From positions 1 to 17,465 of the forward strand of contig JAZDLX010000012.1 in the NCBI GenBank assembly GCA_043801585.1: DNA of 17,465 nt, read 5' to 3'. Under the pieces are notes generated by a model. It saw nothing but the letters and a program-made list of their open reading frames with translations, was not told where the DNA came from and ran no database searches. Both the position numbers and the translations under genes were made by a program. Below, in pieces: positions 16,334-17,465 of the stretch. Positions within the stretch are counted from its first letter, which is position 1, and every line of letters begins with the position of its first letter. Source of the stretch: a bacterium. Lineage in GTDB: Bacteria; Electryoneota; Electryoneia; Electryoneales; Electryoneaceae.

Positions 16334-16367
16334 AGCGGACATCCCGATTTCGGGGTGTCCGCTTTTT
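16334..16367 (+). terminator. Rho-independent terminator after the FecR-domain gene
   Basis: agcggacatcccga-tt-tcggggtgtccgct followed by tttt. Confidence 0.8.
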
Positions 16368-16572
16368 CGTCTCTGGGAGAACGGACCCGGATAAAACGCG
16401 GCGTTTCGAATGATTGGACGTTATGCAAGTCAATGAATCCGGAGCGAGAGTCGGCGCCCCGGGTTTTTCGTGTGGCGAAGCTGCATCATGAGTAATCACC
16501 AGAACTTCTTCAACAGCATAGCGAAACGCTGTCGAAGTTCCTGTTGCTGTTGAGCGACACCAAAGGGGTTTC

Positions 16573-16612
16573 ATCACCGCGCCCTCCCGCAACGGCGGGA
16601 GGGCGCGGTGAT
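16573..16612. repeat. Perfect 18-bp inverted repeat (REP-like palindrome)
   Basis: atcaccgcgccctcccgc-aacg-gcgggagggcgcggtgat. No U-tract on either side. Confidence 0.7.
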
Positions 16613-16801
16613 CTCCAAAGTGGTGCAATGGACGGTGTGCACTAAGGGAGATTGCCACGTGCCGAACGGTCGGCACCGGCTATGACACATGGGAAAAGCG
16701 CGTTAAAAGGATTGTTGCATTTTAAACTTGAATCCACCCTTCTCCTGGTGCGATGTTCACGGTGATCGAACATGAACAGGGCGCATGAACAGGAAGCGAC
16801 G

Positions 16802-17465
16802 GTGAATTACGAAGAGCAGAATCGCAGGTACTGGAACGAGGTGACACCAGCACACAGGGATTCCGAGTTTTATGGGGTGGACCCGTTTCTCGCCGGAAAG
16901 ACCGCTCTCTACGCCCGTGAAATCGAAGATCTCAGAAACCTTCACGGAAAGCGGCTGCTCCATCTCCAGTGCCACTTTGGTTTGGATACTCTCTCCTGGG
17001 CGCGTGAAGGCGCCGAGGTGACTGGAGTCGACCTTTCGGATGTCTCCATCGAGACCGCCCGTGAAATTGCGGAGAAGGCGAAGATCCAGGCTCGCTTCCT
17101 CTGCAACAACGTTTATGATCTCCCCGGACCGTTGACAGGGGAGACCTTCGACGTCGTCTATACCGGGCGTGGCGCGAGCTGCTGGCTGCGCGACCTCGAC
17201 CGCTGGGCGGAGATCATCGCCGAACTTCTGGCGCCGGGTGGAGTCCTCTACCTCCACGACACCCATCCGATGCTCTACCTCTGGCAGGAGGAGGGAGCGC
17301 TCCCGCCGTTCAGGGTGGAGGGCAGCTATTATCATGATCCCGAACCGCTGACCGATGAACCGGGCAAGTCGGCGGATTACGCCGGTGGCGACTACATCCC
17401 GAAGGGACAGGCTTATGAGTGGCGGTGGACGATTGCGGATATCCTCAACTCGCTGATCCGTGCCG
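16802..17465 (+). CDS. Class I SAM-dependent methyltransferase (partial, runs off the window end)
   Basis: Not in the ORF track. Open frame from GTG 16802 (AGGAAG upstream; alternative in-frame ATG 16772): MNYEEQNRRYWNE...GKRLLHLQCHFGLDTLSWAREGAEVTGVDLS...FDVVYTGRGASCWLRDLDRWAEIIAELLAPGG...HP. No stop before the window end. Confidence 0.9.
   Translation, partial: MNYEEQNRRYWNEVTPAHRDSEFYGVDPFLAGKTALYAREIEDLRNLHGKRLLHLQCHFGLDTLSWAREGAEVTGVDLSDVSIETAREIAEKAKIQARFLCNNVYDLPGPLTGETFDVVYTGRGASCWLRDLDRWAEIIAELLAPGGVLYLHDTHPMLYLWQEEGALPPFRVEGSYYHDPEPLTDEPGKSADYAGGDYIPKGQAYEWRWTIADILNSLIRA

Noticed and set aside
16771..16793. Direct repeat catgaacagg x2 at the methyltransferase start
   Set aside because: A short local duplication that only makes the start ambiguous. 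No evidence of function.

Overview
Bacterial chromosomal window of moderately high GC. The left edge holds the 5' end of an IS481-family element (minus strand), which appears to be inserted in the loop of a GTGG-footed REP-like palindrome. Next come a stand-alone ~800-aa MacB/FtsX-type ABC permease, a palindrome-dense intergenic stretch, and four co-oriented minus-strand genes: M2 (ACE-like) lipoprotein peptidase, a DUF2007-like protein, a CPBP intramembrane protease and an M16 zinc peptidase. The right half holds an orphan PAS-PAS histidine kinase without a receiver domain, a SprT-like HEXXH protein, a membrane-anchored MsrB, a MarR regulator with a clear operator in its own promoter, a secreted FecR-domain protein fused to a probable outer-membrane beta-barrel, and a truncated class I SAM methyltransferase. 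No rRNA, tRNA or CRISPR array was seen. The most interesting items are the FecR/beta-barrel fusion, the IS-in-REP insertion, a ~97-nt branched RNA-like structure between two genes, and the marO-like operator. All family calls are from motif recognition by eye; no database search was run.
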